Shown piece by piece: positions 8,082 to 16,926 of a DNA stretch of 64,000 nt (within the stretch, counting starts at the first letter, position 1; each line of letters begins with the position of its first letter). The notes below the pieces were generated by a model. It ran no database searches, was not told the DNA's origin, and worked only from the letters and a program-made list of their open reading frames with translations. The translations under genes were made by a program, and so were the position numbers. This DNA comes from an uncultured Planctomycetales bacterium (GTDB taxonomy: Bacteria > Omnitrophota > Gorgyraeia > Zapsychrales > JANLHA01): contig CAZAXH010000009.1 in the NCBI GenBank assembly GCA_964489065.1, forward strand, positions 7,616-71,615. The letters are read 5' to 3'.

Positions 8082-10541
8082 ATGCGCGACTTCACAAACC
8101 GTGAAGACAGGTCTAAACTCATGAATCAACAAACAAATTCAAAAAACAAATTCGATCCGATGCCTGAAGTTCTCCGCCGGGTGCAGGGATACCTGCGTGC
8201 ACTCCGTTTGCCGGAAATCCTGGTTTCCCGCTACGCAAAAGAAATCATCCAACGCTTAAGCCCGCTCCCGGGGAATCCCGACCCTACAGACCTTCTGAAC
8301 CAGGCGATCAATGAAGTCGTCGCCCTCACCCAACGGGAAAATCTCAGCGCCAAAGCCCAAATTGATGCCCTCGCCCTCAGCAACCCCATGCCGCCTCTCC
8401 ACCGTGTTTCCATGGCCTTTCGCCGCACGATTACGCCCGCCCGAAAAGGAGCTTCACCCTGGAAACGTTCCCGTCTCTTACGCCGGACGGTATTGTTTTC
8501 CATGACCGGGCTTTCCGTAGGGATAGCAGGGTACCTCCTGTTCACAATCCTGCTCCCTCAAGGGATAAGCCGGATCGAACTCGTCATCTTCGCTGTCTCA
8601 ACGATATTATTTAGTTGGATCGCGCTGAATTTCTGGACAGTAACATTCGGTTTTATCTCACTCATCCGGGGCGGCGATAAAATAGGCCCGCGCTTCCCCA
8701 TAGAAGACGGGGCAGCTACACTCCCCCAGAATGTCCGTGCCGCCCTTGTTATGCCTATCCATAATGAAAACGTATCCCGGATCTTCGCCAGCCTGCAGGC
8801 CATCTATGAATCCCTAACCAAAGCCGGACAATTAAAACCTTTCGATTTCTTCATCCTGAGCGACACCACGGAACCCTCAAAACAAGTGGAAGAAAAAATA
8901 AACTGGATGGAATTTTGCCACCGGGTAGACGGATTCGGAAGAATTTTCTACCGTCGCCGGAGGAACCGCATCCACAAAAAAAGCGGGAATATCGCCGACT
9001 TTTGCCGACGCTGGGGGCGTTCTTACAAATATATAATTACTTTAGACGCAGACAGTTTGTTAAGCGGGACGGCCGTCCTGCAGATGGTTCAGGCGATGGA
9101 ACAGCGGCCCGACATCGGCATCCTGCAAACAGCGCCCAAAGGCATGAATCAAAAAACACTGTTCTCCCGCATCAACCAGTTTACAAGCCACGTATACAGC
9201 CCCCTCGCGATGGCAGGAATGCAATTCTGTCAGCTAGACGATGCTAGCTACTGGGGACATAACGCCATCATCCGCCTTGAACCGTTTATTAAATTTTGCG
9301 CCCTGCCGGGGCTCAAAGGTCACACCCCCTTCGGAGGAGAAATTTTAAGCCACGATTTTGTGGAAAGCGCGCTGATGCGCCGGTCCGGTTACGGCGTATG
9401 GCTGACTGACCAACTGGCCGATAGTTATGAGGAATTGCCGCCCAATCTGCTGACAGAGTTCGAACGCGATATACGCTGGTGCCGCGGGAATCTGCAGCAT
9501 TTAAGGATTCTGAAGCTCCCCGGATTTTCCTTCGGGCACAGGATTCTTTTCATCTTAGGCAACATGTTTTACTTCTCATCCTTTTTCTGGTTTTTGTCTT
9601 TGCTCCTTATCACGGCTTACGCTGTTATCGACGCGTTCCACACGCCCGTGTATTTTACCGACCAACCCAGTCTTTTCCCATACTGGCCCGAACAAAAATG
9701 GAACCTGTCGATATGGCTCCTGGGAATGACGACCGTGTTTCTTTTCCTTCCTAAAATTTTTAGCATTCTCTGGTTAATCATTTCCCGCCAGGAACTGCGC
9801 TTGTTCGGCGGATTCATAAGACTGATGTTCAGCGTCCTGCTGGAAACGTTATTTTCCGTGTTTCTCGCTCCCATCCGCATGTTGTCCCACACATGGTTTA
9901 TCATTCTCACCTTGCGCGGGAGAAAAATAGACTGGAAACACCAAAACAGATATGAAAAAAAGATCGGGGTATTCACCTCCCTCAAAGCTCACTGGCCGGG
10001 GCTTTTGGTTGGGCTCGCGTTGGCGGTCATGACCTACGCGGTCAATCCTTCCTTGTTCTTATGGTTATTAACTATCGTGATTCCGCTTGTGGTAGCGGCC
10101 CCCCTGTCTCTCTTCTTGAGTTATGAAGAAAGCGGGAGCCTTTTCAGGAAATGGGGTCTTTTTCTCGTGCCCACGGAAACCGAGCCCCCGGTGGAACTCA
10201 AACGCCTTAACCAATTGGCAGATTCGGCGGCGCGGTCGTCAGCCATCACCAACCCCGAAAGGGACGATTTTCTCTCTGCGATAGCGGATCCTTTGATACA
10301 TACTTTATGCGTCAAACTGCTACGGCCCAAGACACCGACCCCTGTCCGCCAACGTGAACGCGAGCGCATCAAGAAACAAATTCTGGGAAGCCGTCATCCC
10401 GAAAAAATCACTGCCAAAGATGCGGATATGATCTTGAATGATCCCCTGCTTCTCGAAGATCTGCACAACACTCTCTGGCGAACGCCGGACAAACAACTTG
10501 CTCAAGGATGGCTGAAGTACTGGGGATCAGACCTCGTGTAA
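8082..10541 (+). CDS. opgH: glucan biosynthesis glucosyltransferase OpgH/MdoH (GT2 with multiple TM helices)
   Basis: 819 aa. GT2 core (YIITLDADSLL, QTAPKG, QLDDASYWGHNAIIR) is flanked by N- and C-terminal TM helices, the MdoH architecture. The true start may be the internal ATG at about 8112. Confidence 0.8.
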   Translation: MRDFTNREDRSKLMNQQTNSKNKFDPMPEVLRRVQGYLRALRLPEILVSRYAKEIIQRLSPLPGNPDPTDLLNQAINEVVALTQRENLSAKAQIDALALSNPMPPLHRVSMAFRRTITPARKGASPWKRSRLLRRTVLFSMTGLSVGIAGYLLFTILLPQGISRIELVIFAVSTILFSWIALNFWTVTFGFISLIRGGDKIGPRFPIEDGAATLPQNVRAALVMPIHNENVSRIFASLQAIYESLTKAGQLKPFDFFILSDTTEPSKQVEEKINWMEFCHRVDGFGRIFYRRRRNRIHKKSGNIADFCRRWGRSYKYIITLDADSLLSGTAVLQMVQAMEQRPDIGILQTAPKGMNQKTLFSRINQFTSHVYSPLAMAGMQFCQLDDASYWGHNAIIRLEPFIKFCALPGLKGHTPFGGEILSHDFVESALMRRSGYGVWLTDQLADSYEELPPNLLTEFERDIRWCRGNLQHLRILKLPGFSFGHRILFILGNMFYFSSFFWFLSLLLITAYAVIDAFHTPVYFTDQPSLFPYWPEQKWNLSIWLLGMTTVFLFLPKIFSILWLIISRQELRLFGGFIRLMFSVLLETLFSVFLAPIRMLSHTWFIILTLRGRKIDWKHQNRYEKKIGVFTSLKAHWPGLLVGLALAVMTYAVNPSLFLWLLTIVIPLVVAAPLSLFLSYEESGSLFRKWGLFLVPTETEPPVELKRLNQLADSAARSSAITNPERDDFLSAIADPLIHTLCVKLLRPKTPTPVRQRERERIKKQILGSRHPEKITAKDADMILNDPLLLEDLHNTLWRTPDKQLAQGWLKYWGSDLV

Positions 10542-10649
10542 CCGGCCTGCCGCCCACCCAGCGCTGTTTTACAACCTACTTAATATCAAGAATTTACAAT
10601 AACTATCCAGCGTTTCCCGATCTAAAAAAATAAAACTTTATTACCCCTT

Positions 10650-12782
10650 CTAACGCCGGTTTTTAAACCGGATACCTTCTCCAGAGACATCTTCCCTTTC
10701 CCCATCATAAACATCATCCGGCTTAGCTACTCGCCGGTCAAGCTGCTCGGCCTGACGCACCAAATCCAGAAATTCCTGCCGGTATCCATAGGCGTCCTGG
10801 CCCAAAGACTCCTTACCTTGCTGAATCACCTGCTGGTAAGAGGCCTGCCCTTTGTACTGGGAATCCCGCAAGAGAAGGCCAAATTCCGCAACCGCGGCGG
10901 CAAACTGAAAATCTCCTCTCGGAACCGCCGCAACTTCATCAGCCGAAATCGCCTGCTGAATCAGCCGGCTTGTGTTTCCATCCAGCTCTTTATACCGCAG
11001 CTTGACCGTCATCATGTCCGCGCTGTCTACCGGCTGCGTCTTCTGATAAACCAACGCATCCACCCCGGGGAAAGACTCCTGCGAACCCGCCGGAACAATT
11101 TCGTACAGGGCCGTCACCGTGTGCCCGGCGCCCAACTCCCCGGCATCTTTGGTATCGTCATTAAAATCCTCCTTGGCCAGGATACGGTTCTCATACCCGA
11201 TCAGCCGGTAGGCCTTCACTTGTCCGGGGTTAAACTCCACCTGAATCTTTACGTCCTTGGCAATGGTAAACAGCGTGGACCCCAGTTCATGGACAAGCAC
11301 TTTTTGGGCTTCCTTTTCGGTATCGATATAGTAATAATTGCCATTGCCTTTGTCAGCCAGCTGCTCCATCTTGGAGTCTTTGTAATTACCCATCCCAAAG
11401 CCTAGAACTGTCAAGAAAATACCGTCTTGGCGTTTCTCTTCTATCATCCGGACAAGCTCGGCGTTGCTGCTGACCCCGACGTTAAAATCGCCGTCGGTCG
11501 CCAAAATCACCCGGTTATTGCCTCCTTGAATATAATTCTTCCGGGCGATCTCGTAAGCGAGTTGAATGCCCGCCCCGCCCGCCGTCGACCCGCCGGCTTG
11601 CAGGCGGTCAAGAGCGGAAAGGATTTCCCCTTTATGGCTCCCGGGGGTGGAATCCAGAACCATGCCGGCCGCGCCGGCATAAACCACGATCGCAACCCGC
11701 TCATCCTGGCCCAACTGCCGGACCAGCATCTTAAACGATGATTTTAACAACGGCAGTTTATTCGGATGGTCCATAGACCCCGACACATCCACCAGAAACA
11801 CAAGGTTGCTGGGCGGCAGTTGGGCGGAATCATAGGTCTTGCCCTGCAGCCCGATCCCGACCAGTTGATGAGCAGCATTCCACGGGCAGGCCGCGCCCTT
11901 AATCGTAATCGAGAACGGGACCTCTCCTGGAGGCTGAGGATAATCGTAGGAAAAATAATTCACCATTTCTTCAATACGCACCGCGTCCGCCGGAGGGAAC
12001 TGCCGTTTGGTTAAAAACCGGCGGATATTGCTGTAAGAGGCCGTATCCACGTCAATGGAAAATGTCGACAAAGGATTTTCCGTAACCGTGAGGAAAGGAT
12101 TCTCATAAATACGATCATATTCTTCGGTATGAAAATCCGGATTATACCGCCAAGATTCCTCCGGGGGCGCGTCCTCTTTTTTATCCTCACCCCAGAATTC
12201 TTCCTGTTCAGACAGCCTCATCCCCGCTGCGCTGGACGGCAAGCTCTCCCCGGGGGCCCCGGAAACCCTACTCCCGTCCGCCGCACTCATGTTGTAATCG
12301 GTATCCAGATAATATGGCTCATACTGCTGAGACTTGCTTAGAGCCAGCTGTTGGGGCTGGCCCGTATACGACCGCACCGATGTGTTCCCTGGGCTATACT
12401 GGTCTCCGATATCATCAGTCGCACTCCGGATACGGCCCTGAATGCTGCGCTGTGCATACGTCTGCAAAGCAATAAGACCGGCAATCAACATAACCGCCAC
12501 CCCGCCGCCGATACTAGCTTTATAAAATGGACTCCATTTCATCTCCGATCCCTCCTTCATCCCTCTGGCAATAGCGCTCACGATCTCCCGCTCCATGTCG
12601 CCGGACAAATCCTCTTCAGGCAGCACATTCAGCACCTGCTTGAGCTTCAATAATTCTTTATAGTAAGCGGCCCCGGACGCGGATTCTTGCAGCAACGTCT
12701 CCACCTCAGCCCTTTCCTGCGCGCTGACTTCGCCATCTATATATCGGGATATTAATTCTTTTAACCGTTCTTGATCGTTCAT
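10650..12782 (-). CDS. anti-sigma factor fused to a periplasmic von Willebrand factor A (vWA, YfbK-like) domain
   Basis: N-terminal anti-sigma domain (LISRYIDGEVSAQERAEVETLL), one TM helix (IGGGVAVMLIAGLIAL), then a vWA MIDAS (VFLVDVSGSMD...VVYAGAAG...LATDGDFNVG) and a C-terminal beta domain. Its start overlaps the ECF sigma stop (ATGA). Confidence 0.75.
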   Translation of the reverse strand: MNDQERLKELISRYIDGEVSAQERAEVETLLQESASGAAYYKELLKLKQVLNVLPEEDLSGDMEREIVSAIARGMKEGSEMKWSPFYKASIGGGVAVMLIAGLIALQTYAQRSIQGRIRSATDDIGDQYSPGNTSVRSYTGQPQQLALSKSQQYEPYYLDTDYNMSAADGSRVSGAPGESLPSSAAGMRLSEQEEFWGEDKKEDAPPEESWRYNPDFHTEEYDRIYENPFLTVTENPLSTFSIDVDTASYSNIRRFLTKRQFPPADAVRIEEMVNYFSYDYPQPPGEVPFSITIKGAACPWNAAHQLVGIGLQGKTYDSAQLPPSNLVFLVDVSGSMDHPNKLPLLKSSFKMLVRQLGQDERVAIVVYAGAAGMVLDSTPGSHKGEILSALDRLQAGGSTAGGAGIQLAYEIARKNYIQGGNNRVILATDGDFNVGVSSNAELVRMIEEKRQDGIFLTVLGFGMGNYKDSKMEQLADKGNGNYYYIDTEKEAQKVLVHELGSTLFTIAKDVKIQVEFNPGQVKAYRLIGYENRILAKEDFNDDTKDAGELGAGHTVTALYEIVPAGSQESFPGVDALVYQKTQPVDSADMMTVKLRYKELDGNTSRLIQQAISADEVAAVPRGDFQFAAAVAEFGLLLRDSQYKGQASYQQVIQQGKESLGQDAYGYRQEFLDLVRQAEQLDRRVAKPDDVYDGEREDVSGEGIRFKNRR

Positions 12783-13360
12783 ATTCGCTCCTCCTTTACG
12801 AAGGGAGCCAATTGTACTCTTAACTGCTCCTTGGCCCGGAAAATCAAAATCTTCACTTTTGCCAAGGAGCAGTTAAGAATCACGCTGATTTGTTCGTAAC
12901 TCATCCCATGGTATTGCCGCAGAACCATCGCCTCCTTGTACTCAAAAGGAAGCGTGTCCAGTGCCTTAAGCACCAGAACACTTAACTCCCTTTCCGCCAG
13001 CTCCTCCCGGGACAGTTCCCGGCCATCTGGGGGATCCCATTCCTGAAAGCCGTCCTGCCTGGTCGGGCCGTGCCAAAAAGGGGTTAAATATTTTCGCTTA
13101 CGCATCCGGCTGACGCTTTTATTACGCGCCACCGTGTATATCCAGGTTGAAAACCGTATGTTTTTTTCCGGATCATAGGTACAATCGGTCATAAGAGTCA
13201 TAAAAACATCCCCGGTCACTTCTTCCGCATCGGCCCGGTTACCCAATAAGCGCAGGCAAAAGTTGAAAAGACGGGTTTTATATCGCACATAAATCATACG
13301 AATGGCCTCGCTGTCACCGGAAATATACTCGGTTAGAATCTGTTCGTCGGTCTTTTCCAT
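12779..13360 (-). CDS. ECF (RpoE-like) RNA polymerase sigma factor
   Basis: 193 aa with sigma-70 region 2 (VFMTLMTDCTYDPEKNIRFSTWIYTVARNKSVSRMRK) and region 4 (YKEAMVLRQYHGMSYEQISVILNCSLAKVKILIFRAKEQL). It is translationally coupled to the downstream anti-sigma gene. Confidence 0.85.
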   Translation of the reverse strand: MEKTDEQILTEYISGDSEAIRMIYVRYKTRLFNFCLRLLGNRADAEEVTGDVFMTLMTDCTYDPEKNIRFSTWIYTVARNKSVSRMRKRKYLTPFWHGPTRQDGFQEWDPPDGRELSREELAERELSVLVLKALDTLPFEYKEAMVLRQYHGMSYEQISVILNCSLAKVKILIFRAKEQLRVQLAPFVKEERI

Positions 13361-13675
13361 GGGCTGGTTGAACCTCTCATTCCATTATTCGCAGACATCA
13401 AGGGAAAGTTACAAAAAAACTCCGGCCAAACGAAACGCATTATTCCTCTCTATGAGCCGTCTGCCGAAAAACCCGAAGTTTGCTACTCGGAAGCCTAAAG
13501 GGCCCAAGAACATCGACGAAGAAATTTGGGCCATGCCTGTGGCCGGGGCAAAAAGAGACTTTTTCAGCAGACTGTTCGTTGCATTAACGGTTGGGTTGGT
13601 GTCGCCATATGGGTTGAATCGTTTGCGGGAGGCAGGGATATTCCTCCTCCCGAGGACCTATCGAGGATCGCATCA

Positions 13676-14809
13676 TCAGGCGGTCTTTCGGCGAAGGAAA
13701 GCCCCTGCCAAACCTATTCCCAAAAGCAATACCGTTCCAGGTTCCGGCACCGCATGAGTATAGGCCTCATCCAGGAGAGGAGAAAAGCTTGGCTTGTTAT
13801 TATTTCCGCTGAACGTAAGCTGCAAGATTTCAGAATTATTAATATCAAGCCGGAATATCTGATGAAAATAATCCTCATCTTCGGCTAAAAAAACCATATA
13901 CTTTTGATCCGGGGACCAGTCCAGACTCCCGCCTATCCGCATAAAGTCGGAAACCCGCGTTAAGTTGGCCCCCGTTGAGTCCATGAGATAGATCGCCTGC
14001 AACATCACATCCGTCGACTCGTGGCCGGAAACAAACGCGATCTTAGACCCGTCGGGTGACCACTGAAGACTCCAGGGGTAAAAATCATCTCCGACGCCGA
14101 GAAGCAACCGGGCGTTACTGCCGTCGTCATCAATGGCCCATATTCCTTCTTGGACATAGATCAGTTGTGTCCCCGTGGGCGACCAGTCAAATTCCCTTCC
14201 TGCGCCGGGCAATTCAACTTTATCTGTCCCGTCTATATCGATCATCACAACTTTGCCCGGTGTTTCAGGAGAACTAAATGTGTAAGCGGCGATCCGGTTG
14301 CCGCCCGGTGACCATTGCGGGTAAGCCGGGCCATTGGCCAGGTTTTCAATCTTCGAGAGATTTGTGCCGTCCCGACGAATCGTATACAAATCAGCCCCTG
14401 CCCCTGGACTCGACACACTCCCGCGCATGACGAGACTCTGGCCATCCGGGGACCAGTCGGCCTCATAATACTCCTTATTGGGATCATGGGTCACGTTGAA
14501 TTCATTGCTCCCGTCATATCTCATTGTGTAAATGTCCCCTCTCCCGGCGCCGCTTCGGCTCGAGTAAAAGGCGAGAGACATCCCATCCGGGGACCAAATC
14601 GGATCGCCGTCAAAGAAGCCATTATTCGTCAGACGCCGAAGGTTAGAACCATCGTTATTCATGACATAGATTTCATATTGGGAATCCGAGTCCATGCCCA
14701 AAACAGGCTTCCTGATAAATGAAATCAGAGCCTCAGCATTGCCTTGGGAAAGAATCAAAGTGAAAATAAAAAAACAACACGAAACAATAGCCGGCCTGAT
14801 CATTCTCAT
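13676..14809 (-). CDS. TolB-like beta-propeller (PD40/WD40-like repeats) protein with C-terminal PEP-CTERM sorting signal
   Basis: Repeated DxxPxWSPDG blades. The C-terminus is VPEPGTVLLLGIGLAGAFLRRKTA (PEP motif, TM helix, basic tail). The start is taken at MRMIRPAIVSCCFFIF (signal peptide); the tracked ORF extends 25 codons further upstream. Confidence 0.7.
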   Translation of the reverse strand: MRMIRPAIVSCCFFIFTLILSQGNAEALISFIRKPVLGMDSDSQYEIYVMNNDGSNLRRLTNNGFFDGDPIWSPDGMSLAFYSSRSGAGRGDIYTMRYDGSNEFNVTHDPNKEYYEADWSPDGQSLVMRGSVSSPGAGADLYTIRRDGTNLSKIENLANGPAYPQWSPGGNRIAAYTFSSPETPGKVVMIDIDGTDKVELPGAGREFDWSPTGTQLIYVQEGIWAIDDDGSNARLLLGVGDDFYPWSLQWSPDGSKIAFVSGHESTDVMLQAIYLMDSTGANLTRVSDFMRIGGSLDWSPDQKYMVFLAEDEDYFHQIFRLDINNSEILQLTFSGNNNKPSFSPLLDEAYTHAVPEPGTVLLLGIGLAGAFLRRKTA

Positions 14810-15032
14810 TCCTCTCAAAGACATATCTGCGCTCCTTTTCTTATCATGCATATCTGATAATTTTAAAATCCCGCGGCACCACAAATTTCAAACACCGGCA
14901 TGAACATGCAGGCTTAATGTCCCATACTCTTTCAATGATTTGCTGAGAAATATTATACTACAAGGCGGTGGACATTTACCGCCATAAAAAACATTCCTAA
15001 TTCTTAAGGATATGACACATCGGGCATCTCCC

Positions 15033-16067
15033 TTAAGACACCCCTGTTTTAATCAAAACTGCCGACAAAAAACTTTCCTTCATCAAACCGCTCCCGCGGA
15101 AATCAACATCCTGGCTCAGCCGCTTCACCTCAAGAATCTTTCGTTCAGACTTCCCGGCCGCCCCACAAGCCCATTCTTCCAGCTTGGCATGGGGAATCGA
15201 ACTTAAATTCGTCGAGACAAAAAGCATGCCCTCCCGGCCCAACACGCGGAACGCCTTCTCAATTAACACGGGCATATCCTTCTTGACGCTGAAGACCTTT
15301 GCTTCAAACCGCGAAAACGATGGGGGGTCGAGAATAACGATATCGAAACAATTGTTCCGTTTGGCGGTCCTTTCTAAATAACGGATAACGTCTTCCCGGA
15401 CAAATTCGCCCCGGGCCTCCGGCAATCGATTCAGGCGATAATTCTCTTTCCCCTTTTGTAAAAATTTAGAACTGATATCCACATTGATCACGCGGGAAGC
15501 GCCGGATTTCCGGCCATACATACCGAAAGAACACGTGTACGCAAAACAGTTTAAAACCGCGCGTCCCCGGCTGCAGGATGCCACGAGGCTCCGGTTCCTG
15601 CGCATATCCATGAACAGCCCCTGATGAAGATGATCATTCAAATCCACATGAAAAAGCAAACCGTTCTCTTCAATGATCGTCTTAGAATCCTCTTTATCGA
15701 TAAGCACCTCAATGGCGATACGGGACGCGTCACGCGCTGAATGCTCCTTGAACACAAGATATAAAACTTCAAAATGTTCGCACAAGATTTCAAGGATCGT
15801 TTTTTGATACCTCTGCCAGCGGGCATCCAGCATATAAACCACGAAATGTTTATTAAAACGATCAATGATCAGCCCCTTCAGGCCGTCTCCCTGACTATTA
15901 ACCAAACGCATGGCGTTCGTGTTCAAGGCCAGGGACTCGCGGTAATGGAACGCGCGTGTCAGATGACGTTTAATATCTTGGGAAGAACAAACGCGGAAGG
16001 CGCAAGCCTTCTGATGATTTCCTGCTCTCCCTCCGGGCTCGTTCTTTTGTTTATATCCTGTCATCAA
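15033..16067 (-). CDS. class I SAM-dependent RNA methyltransferase (RlmI/YccW-like)
   Basis: Central VLNCFAYTCSFG...VINVD...DIVILDPPSF Rossmann-fold methyltransferase motifs. Start codon uncertain. Confidence 0.6.
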   Translation of the reverse strand: MMTGYKQKNEPGGRAGNHQKACAFRVCSSQDIKRHLTRAFHYRESLALNTNAMRLVNSQGDGLKGLIIDRFNKHFVVYMLDARWQRYQKTILEILCEHFEVLYLVFKEHSARDASRIAIEVLIDKEDSKTIIEENGLLFHVDLNDHLHQGLFMDMRRNRSLVASCSRGRAVLNCFAYTCSFGMYGRKSGASRVINVDISSKFLQKGKENYRLNRLPEARGEFVREDVIRYLERTAKRNNCFDIVILDPPSFSRFEAKVFSVKKDMPVLIEKAFRVLGREGMLFVSTNLSSIPHAKLEEWACGAAGKSERKILEVKRLSQDVDFRGSGLMKESFLSAVLIKTGVS

Positions 16068-16278
16068 AACATTCCTTTATAACACCAGAGGCCTCTTGCC
16101 CCCCGGCTTGAAGGCCCGGCCATACGGAAATTCCGCTCCGACGGTTTCCAACGCCACGCTAACCTCCGGGCAAAAGCCAAAAAAAACCCGCCATAAGTCG
16201 GCGACTCACAACGGGTTCATGTCATAACGGGCGACAGGATCAGTTTAAATTTCTTGAGCGGCCGTTCCCTGTCCCCTT

Positions 16279-16704
16279 TTAGCGTTTCATCCTTAAAGCA
16301 TCACGGATTTCAGTTAATAATATTTCTTCTTTTGACGGCGCAGGCGGGGCGGCAGGAGCGGTTTTTTCTTTATTTTTCAATGTATTCATAGCCTTAACCA
16401 TGATAAAAATCGCAAAAGCCAGGATAATAAAATCAACCGTTGTCTGCAAAAATTGGCCGTAGTTAAGCGTAACGGCTTCTTTTAAAACATCCCCTGTCAC
16501 CGCATCTAATTGGGCTGATTTTAAGGGGATTTTTAAATCCGTAAAATTAACTCCGCCCAATAAAAGTCCAATGGGGGGCATAATAACATCATTCACCATC
16601 GATGAAACTATTTTCCCAAACGCGCCACCGATGATAATACCAACGGCCATGTCCACAACGTTGCCCTTCATGGCAAACTCTTTAAACTCTTTTACAAAAT
16701 TCAT
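16279..16704 (-). CDS. mscL: large-conductance mechanosensitive channel MscL
   Basis: [51 protein letters not shown]... is near-collinear with E. coli MscL over 141 aa. Confidence 0.95.
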   Translation of the reverse strand: MNFVKEFKEFAMKGNVVDMAVGIIIGGAFGKIVSSMVNDVIMPPIGLLLGGVNFTDLKIPLKSAQLDAVTGDVLKEAVTLNYGQFLQTTVDFIILAFAIFIMVKAMNTLKNKEKTAPAAPPAPSKEEILLTEIRDALRMKR

Positions 16705-16859
16705 TTTCCCCTCCTTTTTAACGTCCCTGTTTTTGTGAAACCCAATGGCTCTGACAAAAACACAATCCCTGCCTTTATCCCAACTTGTTAAGTGTTTTAT
16801 AATACCATGATTTCATATTATTATCGAAATATTAAACTTTTACAACCAGCAAAAGAACA

Positions 16860-16892
16860 TCCTGCAAAGGAACTGGCCCCTCACCTTTGCAG
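16860..16892 (-). terminator. possible intrinsic terminator after the TPR/ankyrin gene
   Basis: Perfect 10-bp inverted repeat CCTGCAAAGG / CCTTTGCAGG with a 13-nt loop, 35 nt downstream of the stop. It is followed on the minus-strand RNA by a U-rich AUGUUCUUUUG tract. Confidence 0.35.
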
Positions 16893-16926
16893 GGCATCCC
16901 AAAGGCAGTCCCGGCGATTCAGAAAT

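Noticed and set aside
10656-10672. Perfect palindrome CCGGTTT-TT-AAACCGG.
   Set aside because: It lies within the last codons of the anti-sigma/vWA CDS, so it is coincidental coding sequence rather than a terminator.
14964-14983. GGCGGTG...ACCGCC hairpin between the RlmI-like and TolB-like genes.
   Set aside because: The U-tract precedes rather than follows the hairpin on the minus strand, and an A-tract follows it on the plus strand. It is not a terminator in either orientation.
16231-16276. Possible terminator after mscL.
   Set aside because: Only a 6-bp stem with a roughly 30-nt loop and no U-tract, so it is not convincing.
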